A stretch of 64,000 nt of DNA from Clostridiales bacterium (GCA_024689505.1 JAILDJ010000082.1:7145-71144); one strand, 5' to 3'; positions 1 to 10,114 are shown, counted from the stretch's first letter. A program made the numbers and translations. Notes: a model not told the origin generated them from the sequence alone.

Positions 1-1
1 G

Positions 2-55
2 CGGGAATTCCGCTATCATATCAACCTGGAACCGATCATGAAGGAAGATCTGTAA
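2..55 (+). CDS. 3' end of an unidentified upstream gene (partial)
   Basis: An open frame runs off the left edge (...REFRYHINLEPIMKEDL) and ends at TAA 53-55, followed by a hairpin and T-run. It is too short to assign a family. Confidence 0.3.
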   Translation, partial: REFRYHINLEPIMKEDL

Positions 56-67
56 TAAAGAATCAAG

Positions 68-98
68 ACCGACCTGTACTACATTGGGTCGGTTTTCT
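68..98 (+). terminator. Rho-independent terminator of the upstream gene
   Basis: Stem ACCGACC (68-74) pairs with GGTCGGT (87-93) and is followed by TTTT. Confidence 0.6.
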
Positions 99-116
99 AA
101 AAATCGATATTGTATG

Positions 117-145
117 TTGACAAGTTGGAAGAGGTCTGCTATACT
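117..145 (+). promoter_or_regulatory. Sigma-70-type promoter of the his cluster
   Basis: TTGACA (117-122), exactly 17 nt, then TATACT (140-145). It lies about 57 nt upstream of the hisZ ATG. Confidence 0.5.
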
Positions 146-202
146 AAACAACGTTTTAGCGTGGTAACGCTTTACCATAATAAAGTAAGAGGAAGGAAAG
201 CC

Positions 203-1393
203 ATGGCACAACGTTTATATACGCCCTATGGGTTCCGTGATATTTTATTCGATGAATCCTGGCAGCAGACCGAGATCCGACACCGCCTGCGCAAAGTGTT
301 CCGTGCCTTCGGTTATAGGGACGTGGAAACGCCGCTGGTGGAGTATTTAGAAGTATTCAGTGATGAACGGGGCAGTATTCCTACGCAGGATATGTATAAG
401 TTTGTCGATCGGGATGGAGAGCTTCTGGCGCTTCGTCCTGATATGACCCCCGCGCTTGCCCGCATGGCCTCGTTTTATTATCGCGACGAGGACCTGCCGC
501 TGCGCGTCACATCGTCTGGACCTACGTTTCGCTATAGTTCTCGCTATTCCGCCAAGCAGCGCCAGCTCAAGCAGACGGGTATAGAATTATACGGCACGGC
601 AGATCCGTTGATGGATGCGGAAGTCGTTGCCACCTCCATCCAGGCATTGCAAGCCTCCGGCGTTTCTGAATTCCGCACAGCGATCGGTCACGCGGACCTG
701 GTGCAGGGCCTGCTCAAAGCCTTCGATCTTTCCGAGGAAGAGATCCAGGAGTGGAGCCGGCAGATCGAGAGCAAGAATACATTCGCCCTGGAGCAGGAAG
801 CGAGAGAAAAAGGCTTATCGGAAGAGCAGACGGCCATGCTGCTGCTTCTGACAGAATCCGGAGACGTGGATCTTCTGCGACGCGGAAAAGAACTGGCAGA
901 AAAGCTGCGATTAAAGCAAATGCTCGATGCCTTTGAATGGCTTTTGGAGACCGATCGTCTGCTCGGATTGTACCACGTGGCAGAATATGTTTTGTATGAT
1001 CCCGGCATGAAGCCGGAACTCAATTACTATACCGGCATCATTTTCAAGGGATATGCGCTCGGCGCTGCGGAGCCCGTGCTGGACGGCGGCCGTTATGATG
1101 CGCTGCTGCGGCAGATGGGGGCTGAATGGGGCGCGGTCGGTTCCGCCATCTATCAGGACTGCCTGCTGGAAGCTTTGAAGCACCAGGACCTCTTGCCGGA
1201 ACCATTCGTTTGTACCTTGCTGACGGGTCCGGATCCGGAACTTTTGATCCGAAGGGCGGAAACGATGCGAGCAGAAGGAAAAGCTGTGGTCTGTGTACCG
1301 GGGCTGTCCGCGGATGAAGCCCGCGTCTATGCGGAAAAACATTGTGACAGCCGGGTGCTGATCATCACGGAAGAAGGGCAGGAAACAGTATGA
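203..1393 (+). CDS. hisZ: ATP phosphoribosyltransferase regulatory subunit HisZ (HisRS paralogue)
   Basis: The N-terminus is histidyl-tRNA-synthetase-like (YTPYGFRDILFDE, LRPDMTP). It overlaps a short-form hisG by 4 nt. I place the start at ATG 203 after the RBS AGGAAGG rather than at the ORF-track start at 110. Confidence 0.85.
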   Translation: MAQRLYTPYGFRDILFDESWQQTEIRHRLRKVFRAFGYRDVETPLVEYLEVFSDERGSIPTQDMYKFVDRDGELLALRPDMTPALARMASFYYRDEDLPLRVTSSGPTFRYSSRYSAKQRQLKQTGIELYGTADPLMDAEVVATSIQALQASGVSEFRTAIGHADLVQGLLKAFDLSEEEIQEWSRQIESKNTFALEQEAREKGLSEEQTAMLLLLTESGDVDLLRRGKELAEKLRLKQMLDAFEWLLETDRLLGLYHVAEYVLYDPGMKPELNYYTGIIFKGYALGAAEPVLDGGRYDALLRQMGAEWGAVGSAIYQDCLLEALKHQDLLPEPFVCTLLTGPDPELLIRRAETMRAEGKAVVCVPGLSADEARVYAEKHCDSRVLIITEEGQETV

Positions 1394-2031
1394 GCGCGTT
1401 AACGATCGCCCTTACCAAAGGCAGACTGGCAAAGAAGACCTTGTCTCTGTTGGAAAAAAGCGGGATCCGCTGCGATGAGATGTACACGGATACCCGGAAA
1501 TTGGTCTTCGAGGATCCGGACGCCAAAGTCCGCTTCTTCCTGGCCAAGGCGGATGACGTGCCCACTTATGTGGAGTACGGTGCCGCGGATCTGGGTGTCG
1601 TAGGGAAGGACGTTCTGTTGGAAAAGCAGATGGATCTGTTCGAAGTCCTGGATCTGAAATTCGGGAACTGTCGGATGTGTGTCGCCGGTTTCCCGGAAGG
1701 GGCGGCGCTGCTGAAATCCGGAGCGGATTTCAAAGTCGCGACCAAATATCCGGAGATCGCAAGACAATACTTTCTGAAGCAGCATCAGATGCCCGAAATA
1801 TTGAAACTCAGCGGCTCGATCGAACTGGCGCCGATCGTGGGACTGGCCGATGTGATCGTCGATATCGTGGAGACCGGAAGTACGTTAAGAGAAAACGGCC
1901 TGGTGGTGCTGGATGAAGTGTTTCCGGTATCGGCCCGCCTGGTCGTCAATAAAGCCAGCATGAAGATCCGGCATGAAGAGATCAGCCGGCTCATTCGTGT
2001 CATTGGAAGTCAATTGGAGAAATCATTATGA
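1390..2031 (+). CDS. hisG: ATP phosphoribosyltransferase, short form
   Basis: 213 aa beginning LTIALTKGRL. It shares ATGA stop/start overlaps with hisZ and hisD. Confidence 0.9.
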   Translation: MSALTIALTKGRLAKKTLSLLEKSGIRCDEMYTDTRKLVFEDPDAKVRFFLAKADDVPTYVEYGAADLGVVGKDVLLEKQMDLFEVLDLKFGNCRMCVAGFPEGAALLKSGADFKVATKYPEIARQYFLKQHQMPEILKLSGSIELAPIVGLADVIVDIVETGSTLRENGLVVLDEVFPVSARLVVNKASMKIRHEEISRLIRVIGSQLEKSL

Positions 2032-3305
2032 AGATCACAAGATATTCAGGGGATCCGGAGATCCTCAAACGGACGGAACTGAAGACCGAGGATTTTGATG
2101 CGGTCGTGAAGGAGATCATCGAGAACGTCAAGGCGAAGGGCGACGAAGCCCTCACGTATTATACCGACAAGTTCGATCACGTCCACGTGGAGCAGTTCCG
2201 TGTCCCCGAGGAAGAGTTTGCGGAAGCGATCACAGCTGTCGGACCTGGTTTTGTGGAGATCTTGAGAAAAGCCGCGGACCGCATCGAGCGCTTCCACAAG
2301 AGTCAGAAACGACAGTCTCAGATCATCAATGAAGCCAATGGCACCATGCTGGGCACCTTGATCATCCCCTTAAGCCGCGTCGGTGTTTATGTGCCTGGTG
2401 GGAAAGCTCTGTATCCGTCTTCGGTATTGATGAACATCATGCCCGCGAAAGTGGCCGGTGTAGGAGAGATCATCATGATCACACCGCCCCAGCGCGATGG
2501 CAAGGTAGATCCACGGGTCCTGGCTGCGGCAGTGGTCTGCGGTGTCAAGAGCGTATACAAAGTGGGCGGCGCTCAGGCGATCGCTGCGCTGGCCTATGGA
2601 ACGGAGCAGGTGCCCCGGGTCGATAAGATCGTGGGACCGGGCAATATCTTCGTAGCAACGGCCAAGAAACTGGTCTATGGCCAAGTTTCGGTGGATTCCA
2701 TTGCCGGACCTTCCGAGATCCTGATCCTGGCGGATGATTCCGCGGATCCGGTGCTCATGGCAGCGGACATGCTGTCCCAGGCAGAGCATGATGAAATGGC
2801 GGGCTCTATCCTGATCACGGATAGTGAGCAACTGGCCAATGACGTAGCTTTGGCGCTGGATGAACAGACAGCCCAGGCACCGCGACGGGCAGTCATTGAA
2901 GCGTCGCTGGCCAACCGCGGTATGATCCTCCTGGTCCGAGACCTGAAAGAGGGCGTGGATATGGCAAACGCTTACGCGCCGGAACACATGGAGATCGTCA
3001 CCCGGGATCCCTTTAATTATGTCCCGTTGATCAAAAATGCCGGGGCCATCTTCGTCGGCCCGAACAGTCCGGAGCCTCTGGGAGATTATATGGCCGGTCC
3101 GAACCACGTATTGCCGACCGGCGGTTCTGCCCGGTTCTTCTCACCGCTCGGTGTGGATGATTTCATCAAACGATCCAGCCTGCTGTATATCAGTGAAGGC
3201 GGATTGAAGGAACTGGGTGAGGATGTCATCACTTTCGCAGAAGAGGAGAAACTGTACGCGCATGCCAATGCGATCCGCCTGCGGCTGAAAGGACAGGGGC
3301 TGTGA
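2028..3305 (+). CDS. hisD: Histidinol dehydrogenase
   Basis: 425 aa with motifs GPSEILILADD and SQAEHD. Confidence 0.92.
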   Translation: MKITRYSGDPEILKRTELKTEDFDAVVKEIIENVKAKGDEALTYYTDKFDHVHVEQFRVPEEEFAEAITAVGPGFVEILRKAADRIERFHKSQKRQSQIINEANGTMLGTLIIPLSRVGVYVPGGKALYPSSVLMNIMPAKVAGVGEIIMITPPQRDGKVDPRVLAAAVVCGVKSVYKVGGAQAIAALAYGTEQVPRVDKIVGPGNIFVATAKKLVYGQVSVDSIAGPSEILILADDSADPVLMAADMLSQAEHDEMAGSILITDSEQLANDVALALDEQTAQAPRRAVIEASLANRGMILLVRDLKEGVDMANAYAPEHMEIVTRDPFNYVPLIKNAGAIFVGPNSPEPLGDYMAGPNHVLPTGGSARFFSPLGVDDFIKRSSLLYISEGGLKELGEDVITFAEEEKLYAHANAIRLRLKGQGL

Positions 3306-4369
3306 GTGCGCGAGACTTCCTGCGGCAGGATCTTCTGAACTGGGAGAATTACCAGGTACAGCCGATCCGCGGCCGCAAAATGGATGCCAACGAAAGTCCC
3401 TTCGCACTGCCGCAGGCGGTGAGACAGGAACTGGCAGACTGGCTCCTGAACGAAGAAGACTTCAACATATATCCGGATACCGACAACACGGTCCTGAGAG
3501 AAGCGATCTCTGCGTATTATGGTTTTGGTATGGACTGGATCACGGTCGGGGTCGGATCTGACCAGTTGATCGATCTGCTGTGCAAAGCGTTCCTGGAGCC
3601 GGGCGAGTGCATCGTGGTCCAGTCGCCTTCGTTCTCCATGTACCAGACTTCGGCGGAGATCAACCATGGCCGGGCGGTGTCTGTCCCGCTGCTTGCGGAA
3701 GCGGACTTCCGGTTTTCGGCGGACGACATCATCGAGATGGTCAACAAGGAGAAGCCGAAGCTGTTGTTCATCTGCAGTCCCAACAACCCCACGGGCTGCG
3801 GCATCGAAAAGAAGGATCTGATCCGCATCCTGGAAGCGGCACATTGCGTGGTGGTGCTGGATGAGGCATACGGTGAATTTGCTTCTTCCGATACTTTGGA
3901 CCTGATCTGTGAGTGGCCGGACCTGATCAGTCTTCGGACCTTTTCCAAGGCTTTTGGACTGGCTGGCCTGCGTGTTGGATATGCATTGGCGCATCCGGAC
4001 ATGATCAAGGCCATCGATACTGTACGCGCGCCGTACAATTTGAATACCTTCACACAGAAGGCGGCGGCGCTGGTCCTGGGCCGCCCGGAATACAAAGAAC
4101 GGATCGGCTGGATCATCCGGGAGCGTGAACGCGTGCAAGAAGCGCTTGCGGTGCTGGAAGGTGTCCAGGGGTTCCACCTGTTCCCCTCCCAGTCCAATTT
4201 CCTGTTCCTCCGATCCGACGTGGAAAGCCTCGGTGCGAAGCTGTTGGAAAAAGGCCTGCTCGTGCGGGCATACGGCGGTGCCATGGCATCCTACATTCGA
4301 GTATCCATATCTGACAAGGATTCCAACGACCTGTTCCTACAGGCGATCAAGGAGATCATACTAGCATGA
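3302..4369 (+). CDS. hisC: Histidinol-phosphate aminotransferase
   Basis: The GTG start overlaps the hisD stop. Contains DANESP (the LDANENP-like motif) and the PLP-lysine context RTFSKAFGLAGLRVGY. Confidence 0.9.
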   Translation: MSARDFLRQDLLNWENYQVQPIRGRKMDANESPFALPQAVRQELADWLLNEEDFNIYPDTDNTVLREAISAYYGFGMDWITVGVGSDQLIDLLCKAFLEPGECIVVQSPSFSMYQTSAEINHGRAVSVPLLAEADFRFSADDIIEMVNKEKPKLLFICSPNNPTGCGIEKKDLIRILEAAHCVVVLDEAYGEFASSDTLDLICEWPDLISLRTFSKAFGLAGLRVGYALAHPDMIKAIDTVRAPYNLNTFTQKAAALVLGRPEYKERIGWIIRERERVQEALAVLEGVQGFHLFPSQSNFLFLRSDVESLGAKLLEKGLLVRAYGGAMASYIRVSISDKDSNDLFLQAIKEIILA

Positions 4370-4953
4370 GAACATCGACCATCAACCGTGTAACAGCGGA
4401 GACAGACATCCACCTTTCGCTGACGCTGGATTGCCAGGAGCCTTCCGAGATCGATACCGGTATCGGTTTTCTGGATCATATGCTGACCCTGTTTGCCAAG
4501 CATGGATTCATGCAGCTGAAAATCAAAGCCAAGGGCGACCTGGAGGTCGACAGCCATCACACGGTGGAAGATATCGGCATCGTCCTGGGCGATGCCATCA
4601 AAGAAGCCCTCGGCACGAAGGAAGGCATCCGGCGCTATGGCACCATGACTCTGCCTATGGATGAAACGCTGATGCTCTGCGCGATGGATCTGTCCGGCCG
4701 TCCCTATTTGAACATGGACGTAACCTTCACCGTTCCGCGGCTGGGTACGCTGGATACCGAGATGATCCGTGAGTTTTTCTACGCGGTCTCGGTCCATGCA
4801 GGTATGAACCTGCATTTCGTACAGATGGCGGGCAGCAACAATCATCACATCGCGGAGGCCATGTTCAAAGCGTTTGGACAGGCCATGGATTTGGCTGTCA
4901 CGGTCGATTCGCGTATCCAGGGCGTGCGTTCTTCGAAAGGAAGTCTGGAATGA
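4366..4953 (+). CDS. hisB: Imidazoleglycerol-phosphate dehydratase (monofunctional)
   Basis: 195 aa with two DxHHxxE-type motifs (DSHHTVEDIG, NNHHIAEAMFKAF). Confidence 0.92.
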   Translation: MRTSTINRVTAETDIHLSLTLDCQEPSEIDTGIGFLDHMLTLFAKHGFMQLKIKAKGDLEVDSHHTVEDIGIVLGDAIKEALGTKEGIRRYGTMTLPMDETLMLCAMDLSGRPYLNMDVTFTVPRLGTLDTEMIREFFYAVSVHAGMNLHFVQMAGSNNHHIAEAMFKAFGQAMDLAVTVDSRIQGVRSSKGSLE

Positions 4954-5669
4954 AGCTGTTTCCTGCCATAGACATGAAGAACGGGCAATGCGTGCGCCTG
5001 ACCCAGGGTCGTTTCGATGCGGTCAAAGTGTATGAGGAAGATCCGGCGCGGATGGCATTGTGGCTGGAGAAACAAGGAGCCAGGTATCTGCATACCGTAG
5101 ACCTGGACGGAGCGTTGGAAGGCCGCGGTGTCAATAACGAAGCACTGCGGCGTATCTGCGGATCTGTACACATCCCCGTGCAGAACGGAGGCGGGATCCG
5201 CAGCATGCAGCAGATCCGGGAGAAGCTGGATCTTGGTGTACAGCGGGTCATCATCGGCACAGCCGCGGTCCGGGATCCCGATTTCTTACGAGAAGCGTTG
5301 GAAGCCTATGGGCCGGAGCGCATCGTGGTGGGGATCGACGCGAAGGGCGGCATGGTGGCCACGGAAGGATGGCTCAAGGTATCATCGGTACCCGCTGTCG
5401 AACTGGGTGCCTCCATGCGTGAGATGGGTCTGATCTATTGCGTCTACACGGACATTGCCCGCGACGGCATGCTGACGGGGCCGAACATCCCCGAAACCGT
5501 GCGGATGCAGCAAGAGACGGGGCTGACGGTCATCGCTTCCGGCGGCGTTTCCGGTATGAATGATCTGGAAGCGCTGGAGCAGGCGGGCGTCTACGGCGCC
5601 ATCATTGGAAAAGCCATGTATGAAGGCCGGGTCGATATCGGCGTGGCCGTAGGAAGGTTTGAAATATGA
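4950..5669 (+). CDS. hisA: ProFAR isomerase
   Basis: 239 aa with FPAIDMKNGQCVRL and a (beta/alpha)8 HisA/HisF-like sequence. Confidence 0.9.
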   Translation: MKLFPAIDMKNGQCVRLTQGRFDAVKVYEEDPARMALWLEKQGARYLHTVDLDGALEGRGVNNEALRRICGSVHIPVQNGGGIRSMQQIREKLDLGVQRVIIGTAAVRDPDFLREALEAYGPERIVVGIDAKGGMVATEGWLKVSSVPAVELGASMREMGLIYCVYTDIARDGMLTGPNIPETVRMQQETGLTVIASGGVSGMNDLEALEQAGVYGAIIGKAMYEGRVDIGVAVGRFEI

Positions 5670-6292
5670 TAGTTGTGATCGATTATAAAGCCGGCAACGG
5701 TCCCAGCGTCAAAAACGCGCTGGATCATCTGGGGATCGATGCCTGCCTGACGGCAGATCGGGAACTGGTGTTAAGCGCCGACGGCATCATCCTGCCTGGT
5801 GTGGGTTCCGCGGATGCCACGATGGAGAGCCTGAGAGAACTCGCGCTGCTTCCGGTGCTGGATGAGGCGGTCCTTGAGCGGAAGATCCCGTTCCTTGGGA
5901 TCTGTGTGGGCATGCAGGTCCTGCTGTCCCACAGCGCCGAGGGCGACTGCGACTGCCTGGGCTGGATCCCGGGTCAGGTCGTACGTTTTGAGGAAGGTGT
6001 GCGCATCCCGCAGATGGGCTACAATACAGTGCGCTTCCAGGGCAGCCATCCGTTGGTAGAAGGCCTGGAGGAAGGGTATTTCTACTTCGTCAATTCCTAT
6101 TATGCAAGGCCGGAACTGGATGCGGACATCGCGGGTGTGACCGAGTACGGCCATCCCTTCTGTTCTTTGATCGCCAGAGATAATATCATGGGTTCTCAGT
6201 TCCATATGGAAAAGAGCGGTCCGGCTGGTCTGAAACTGCTGGAACGTTTCGCCGCACTGTGCGAAGCGCGGAAAGGAGGCGCCGCATGCTGA
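5666..6292 (+). CDS. hisH: Imidazole glycerol phosphate synthase, glutaminase subunit
   Basis: 208 aa with the class-I GATase nucleophile context LGICVGMQ. Confidence 0.9.
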   Translation: MIVVIDYKAGNGPSVKNALDHLGIDACLTADRELVLSADGIILPGVGSADATMESLRELALLPVLDEAVLERKIPFLGICVGMQVLLSHSAEGDCDCLGWIPGQVVRFEEGVRIPQMGYNTVRFQGSHPLVEGLEEGYFYFVNSYYARPELDADIAGVTEYGHPFCSLIARDNIMGSQFHMEKSGPAGLKLLERFAALCEARKGGAAC

Positions 6293-7083
6293 CCAAACGA
6301 TTGATCGCCTGTTTTGACGTGAAGAACCGCATGGTCACCAAGGCGACGCAGTTCCAGAACAATATCGATATCGCACCTGCGGAGGAGATCGCGGAGACGG
6401 TCTACAACGCGCAGATCGATGAGATCATCTTTTATGATATCATGGCTAGTGCGGAAAAACGGCCGATCGACCTGGAGATGGTGCGTGCCGTGGCGAAAAA
6501 GGTCTTCGTGCCCTTTACCGTCGGAGGTGGGATCCGTTCGCTGGAAGATATGTATCAGGTACTGAAGGCCGGCGCGGAAAAGATCTCCATCGATTCCATG
6601 GCCGTGCGCAATCCGGATATCATCCGGCAGGGTGCCGAGGCTTTCGGCCGTCAGTGCATGGTCCTTTCCATGCAGGTGAAAAAAGTGCCGGTGACAGAAG
6701 CCATCCCCAGCGGTTACGAGATCGCCATCGACGGTGCGCGGACCTTTACAGGAATGGACGCGGTGCAATGGGCGATCCGGGGAGAAGCCCTTGGCGCGGG
6801 TGAGATCTGCGTCAATTCCATCGATAACGACGGTACCCATCAAGGATATGATCTGGAGATCACCGGGAAGATCGCGGAAGCGGTCTCCATCCCGATCATC
6901 GCTTCGGGCGGCGCTGGTAAACCGGAGCATCTGGCCGACGTATTCACCAAGACCGGAGCCAGTGCCGGTATCATCAGTTCGATGCTGTACTCACCGAAAC
7001 TGCCGCGGAATTTCACCGTGGAGGAGATCAAACAAGAACTTATGGCGGCCGGCATCCCTATGCGGCCTTATGTCCTTTTCTAA
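6286..7083 (+). CDS. hisF: Imidazole glycerol phosphate synthase, cyclase subunit
   Basis: MLTKRLIACFDVKN and GGGIRS. I place the start at ATG 6286 (ATGCTGA overlap with the hisH stop) rather than at the ORF-track start at 6259. Confidence 0.9.
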   Translation: MLTKRLIACFDVKNRMVTKATQFQNNIDIAPAEEIAETVYNAQIDEIIFYDIMASAEKRPIDLEMVRAVAKKVFVPFTVGGGIRSLEDMYQVLKAGAEKISIDSMAVRNPDIIRQGAEAFGRQCMVLSMQVKKVPVTEAIPSGYEIAIDGARTFTGMDAVQWAIRGEALGAGEICVNSIDNDGTHQGYDLEITGKIAEAVSIPIIASGGAGKPEHLADVFTKTGASAGIISSMLYSPKLPRNFTVEEIKQELMAAGIPMRPYVLF

Positions 7084-7121
7084 AACCATCGCCTGCGGGC
7101 GAAAACAAGAAGGAAAGAATC

Positions 7122-7454
7122 GTGCTTTCATTTTCTGAATTGAAACATCTCGATAATGGATTGGTCCCTGTCATCACACAGGCGCATGATACGAAAACTG
7201 TACTGATGCAGGCCTACATGAATGAAGAAGCCTACGATAAAACACTGGAGACAGGCTTGATGCACTATTACAGCCGCAGCAGAGACTGCCTGTGGCTCAA
7301 GGGGGAGACCTCGGGCCATTACCAGCATCTGGTTTCTTTATATGCCGATTGTGACAGGGACTGCCTGCTCGCGATCGTGCGTCAGGAAGGCGCCGCTTGT
7401 CATACCGGCGCCTACAGTTGTTTTTTCGAACCCATCCGAGAGGAGATGTCTTAA
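7122..7454 (+). CDS. hisI: Phosphoribosyl-AMP cyclohydrolase (HisI domain only)
   Basis: 110 aa with a GTG start after the RBS GAAGGA. Contains CHTGAYSCF. No HisE (PRA-PH) domain is attached. Confidence 0.85.
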   Translation: MLSFSELKHLDNGLVPVITQAHDTKTVLMQAYMNEEAYDKTLETGLMHYYSRSRDCLWLKGETSGHYQHLVSLYADCDRDCLLAIVRQEGAACHTGAYSCFFEPIREEMS

Positions 7455-8753
7455 ATGACAAACAGGATCTGTGTGCTGCCCGGTACCGTGTCCGGACGGG
7501 TCAAGGTTCCGGCGTCCAAAAGCCTGACGCACCGCGCGATCATCGCGGCAGCGCTGGCGGAAGGGGATTCCGCGATCTACGGGATCACCTGGTCCAAAGA
7601 TATCGAAGCGACAGCGTTTTGTATGGAACGTATGGGAGCGGCCATCGTACGGGATGGAGACGATCTTTTCATCCATGGCATCGGCGGTCGGTCGTTGAGC
7701 GGCCGTGTCGAACGCTTGTTCTGCGGTGAATCGGCCACGACGCTGCGGTTCCTGATCCCCATCGCAGGTGTATTGGGCTTACGAGCGGTATTCTCCGGTA
7801 TGGGCAGACTGCCGGAACGTCCTATGCAGCCGTATTTCACCATGATGGATGATAAAGGCATCCCCTATGAACGGGAGAGTGAGGAAAACCTGCCAATTTC
7901 TCTGAAGGGACGCTGGCCCGGCGGCCACTATAAAGTCCCTGCGGATATCAGTTCACAGTTTCTGTCCGGCTTGTTGATGGCGCTGCCCATGGCGGAGGAG
8001 GACTCGGTCATCGAGGTCACATCGCAGCTGACGTCGGATGCCTATGTGCGGCTGACTTTAGAGATGCTGGAGCGTTTCGGCATCCGGATCGAGCAGGAAA
8101 GCTGGAAACGGTACCATATCCCCGGACGACAGAAATATAAGGCGGGGAAATATACGGTCGAGGGGGATTATTCCCAGGCCGCTTTCTTCATGGCGGCTGG
8201 GGCCGCGGCCGGAGACGGGGACGGTGTGTTCCTGGAAGGCCTGAACCCAGATTCGCATCAAGGTGACAGAGTCATTCTGGATCTTTTAAAGGAAATGCAG
8301 GTGCCTCTGGAATGGACCGGGGACGGGGCCTTGTGCATCTATCCGGCTGATGAGATCATCAACACGGAGGTGGACTGCAGTAACTGTCCGGACCTGGCAC
8401 CGGTGCTTTCGTTGATCGGCGCTTTCGGCGAAGGGGATATGCTGCTGCAGGGCGTCGGCCGTCTCAAATATAAGGAATCAGACCGTCCGAAGGCCTTGAT
8501 GCAGGGCCTGGGGGCTATGGGCGTCGCGATCGAGGAGACCTATGACGGCCTCAGGATCCGCGGCGAAGCAGGCGGACTGTACGAAGGTGGCACCGCGGAC
8601 AGTGCGGGCGATCACCGCATCGCCATGACGCTTGCCATCCTGGCGCTGCGCACGTTCCGCGGCATCGAGATCGAAGGCGCGGACGCGGTCCGTAAATCCT
8701 GGCCTGACTTCTGGAACGCGTTGGAAGCGATCGGAGGTCAGTACGATGAGTGA
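7455..8753 (+). CDS. aroA: 3-phosphoshikimate 1-carboxyvinyltransferase (EPSP synthase)
   Basis: 432 aa with the N-terminal VPASKSLTHRAII motif. It starts on the nucleotide after the hisI stop. Confidence 0.9.
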   Translation: MTNRICVLPGTVSGRVKVPASKSLTHRAIIAAALAEGDSAIYGITWSKDIEATAFCMERMGAAIVRDGDDLFIHGIGGRSLSGRVERLFCGESATTLRFLIPIAGVLGLRAVFSGMGRLPERPMQPYFTMMDDKGIPYERESEENLPISLKGRWPGGHYKVPADISSQFLSGLLMALPMAEEDSVIEVTSQLTSDAYVRLTLEMLERFGIRIEQESWKRYHIPGRQKYKAGKYTVEGDYSQAAFFMAAGAAAGDGDGVFLEGLNPDSHQGDRVILDLLKEMQVPLEWTGDGALCIYPADEIINTEVDCSNCPDLAPVLSLIGAFGEGDMLLQGVGRLKYKESDRPKALMQGLGAMGVAIEETYDGLRIRGEAGGLYEGGTADSAGDHRIAMTLAILALRTFRGIEIEGADAVRKSWPDFWNALEAIGGQYDE

Positions 8754-9837
8754 CAGATGGGGCCAACAGTACAGGATCCATATTTTCGGTGAATCCCACG
8801 GACCAGGCGTAGGCGTCGTCATCGATGGGATGGAGCCCGGCATCCGCTGGGATGAGGCATATATCCAGACACAGTTGAGGCGCAGGCGTCCCGGCGGCGC
8901 CCTTGTTTCCGCCCGGAATGAAGAAGATGTTGCACAGATCCTCAGCGGGGTCTATAATGGATATACGACAGGGACGTCCATCACCTGCTTCATACCCAAT
9001 AAGGACGCAAGGCGGGAAGACTATATGCCGGACAGGCTGCGTCCTTCGCAGGCAGATTACAGCGGACAAGTCAAATACCATGGGTTTGCGGATCCATCCG
9101 GCGGCGGGCATTTTTCCGGTCGGTTGACAGCAGGCCTGGTGCTGGCAGGAGCGGCTGCGGAATTGGCGCTGCGCACCCACATGCGATACCAGGCGGGCAG
9201 CCATATCATACAGATCGGCACGGCACAGGAAGAGCGTTTCACTCTGGCACAGTGCGACCCAAAGGTGCTGCATTCGCTGCAGACACAGTCGTTCCCGGTG
9301 CTGGATGCAGAAGCAAGAATGGCTATGCAGGGGGCCATCGAGGAGGCGCGCGCTGCGGGTGACTCTGTTGGCGGCTGTGTGGAAACGGCGGTCACAGGCC
9401 TTACGCCCGGCTTGGGGGATCCATTCTTTGATTCCCTGGAAAGCCGGCTGGCTCATTTACTGTTCTCCATCCCTGCGGTGAAAAGTGTTTCTTTCGGCGA
9501 TGGAGAAGCGTTTGCAAGCATGAAGGGCAGCGCTGCGGCAGATCATTGGAGCATCAAAGACGGTACCGTCCGTACCGAGGAAAACCATAACGGTGGACTT
9601 TTGGGCGGGATCACGACCGGTATGCCGTTGGTGTTCCAGACAACATTCAAACCAACGCCGACGCTGGGACAGTCTATGGAAGTCCTGCATTTAGAGAGTT
9701 TGCAAACGGAGACCGTCTGTTTCGGCGGACGGCATGACCCGTGTATCGTGCCCCGCGGACTGCCCGTGGCGGAAGCCTGTGCGGCGATCGCGGTATACGA
9801 TGCCTGGCTGGAGGCCCATGGACATGGATATGCTTGA
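8746..9837 (+). CDS. aroC: Chorismate synthase
   Basis: YRIHIFGESHGPGVGVVIDG. ATG 8746 overlaps the aroA stop (ATGAGTGA). The ORF-track start at 8632 is an artefactual extension. Confidence 0.9.
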   Translation: MSDRWGQQYRIHIFGESHGPGVGVVIDGMEPGIRWDEAYIQTQLRRRRPGGALVSARNEEDVAQILSGVYNGYTTGTSITCFIPNKDARREDYMPDRLRPSQADYSGQVKYHGFADPSGGGHFSGRLTAGLVLAGAAAELALRTHMRYQAGSHIIQIGTAQEERFTLAQCDPKVLHSLQTQSFPVLDAEARMAMQGAIEEARAAGDSVGGCVETAVTGLTPGLGDPFFDSLESRLAHLLFSIPAVKSVSFGDGEAFASMKGSAAADHWSIKDGTVRTEENHNGGLLGGITTGMPLVFQTTFKPTPTLGQSMEVLHLESLQTETVCFGGRHDPCIVPRGLPVAEACAAIAVYDAWLEAHGHGYA

Positions 9838-10114
9838 GTCGATGCGTCAGGAGATCGATGAGATCGATCAGTCGCTGGCGGATCTGCTGATCCGGCGGAT
9901 GGAGATCACCGGGCAGATCGGTGTGTACAAAGCGGAGCGCGGGCTTTCGGTGCTGCAGACAGGCCGTGAAGAGACAGTGCTGGCTCAAGTGATGGACCGG
10001 GCGCCGCAGGACGATGAAGCCCTGCGAAGCGCGCTCAGAACCATCTTTCAAACGATCATGGCGGTATCCCGTCAGGGTCAGGAGCAGAAGATCGAAGACC
10101 GGAGGAACGGATAA
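9824..10114 (+). CDS. AroQ-type chorismate mutase
   Basis: About 96 aa and all-helical, with the pattern LESMRQEIDEIDQSLADLLIRRMEI...RE..VL. GGAGG at 9810-9814 favours ATG 9824. Alternative starts are at 9818 and 9830. Confidence 0.7.
   Translation: MDMLESMRQEIDEIDQSLADLLIRRMEITGQIGVYKAERGLSVLQTGREETVLAQVMDRAPQDDEALRSALRTIFQTIMAVSRQGQEQKIEDRRNG

Noticed and set aside
146-202. A possible histidine attenuator, T-box or leader peptide upstream of hisZ, including the small hairpin AGCGT-GGTA-ACGCT at 158-171.
   Set aside because: The leader is only about 57 nt, which is too short for a T-box. It has no His-codon-rich leader ORF, and the 5-bp hairpin lacks a U-tract.
7084-7121. The small GC hairpin CGCC-TGC-GGGCG between hisF and hisI, considered as an internal terminator.
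   Set aside because: The stem is only 4-5 bp and is followed by an A-run rather than a U-tract on the coding strand.
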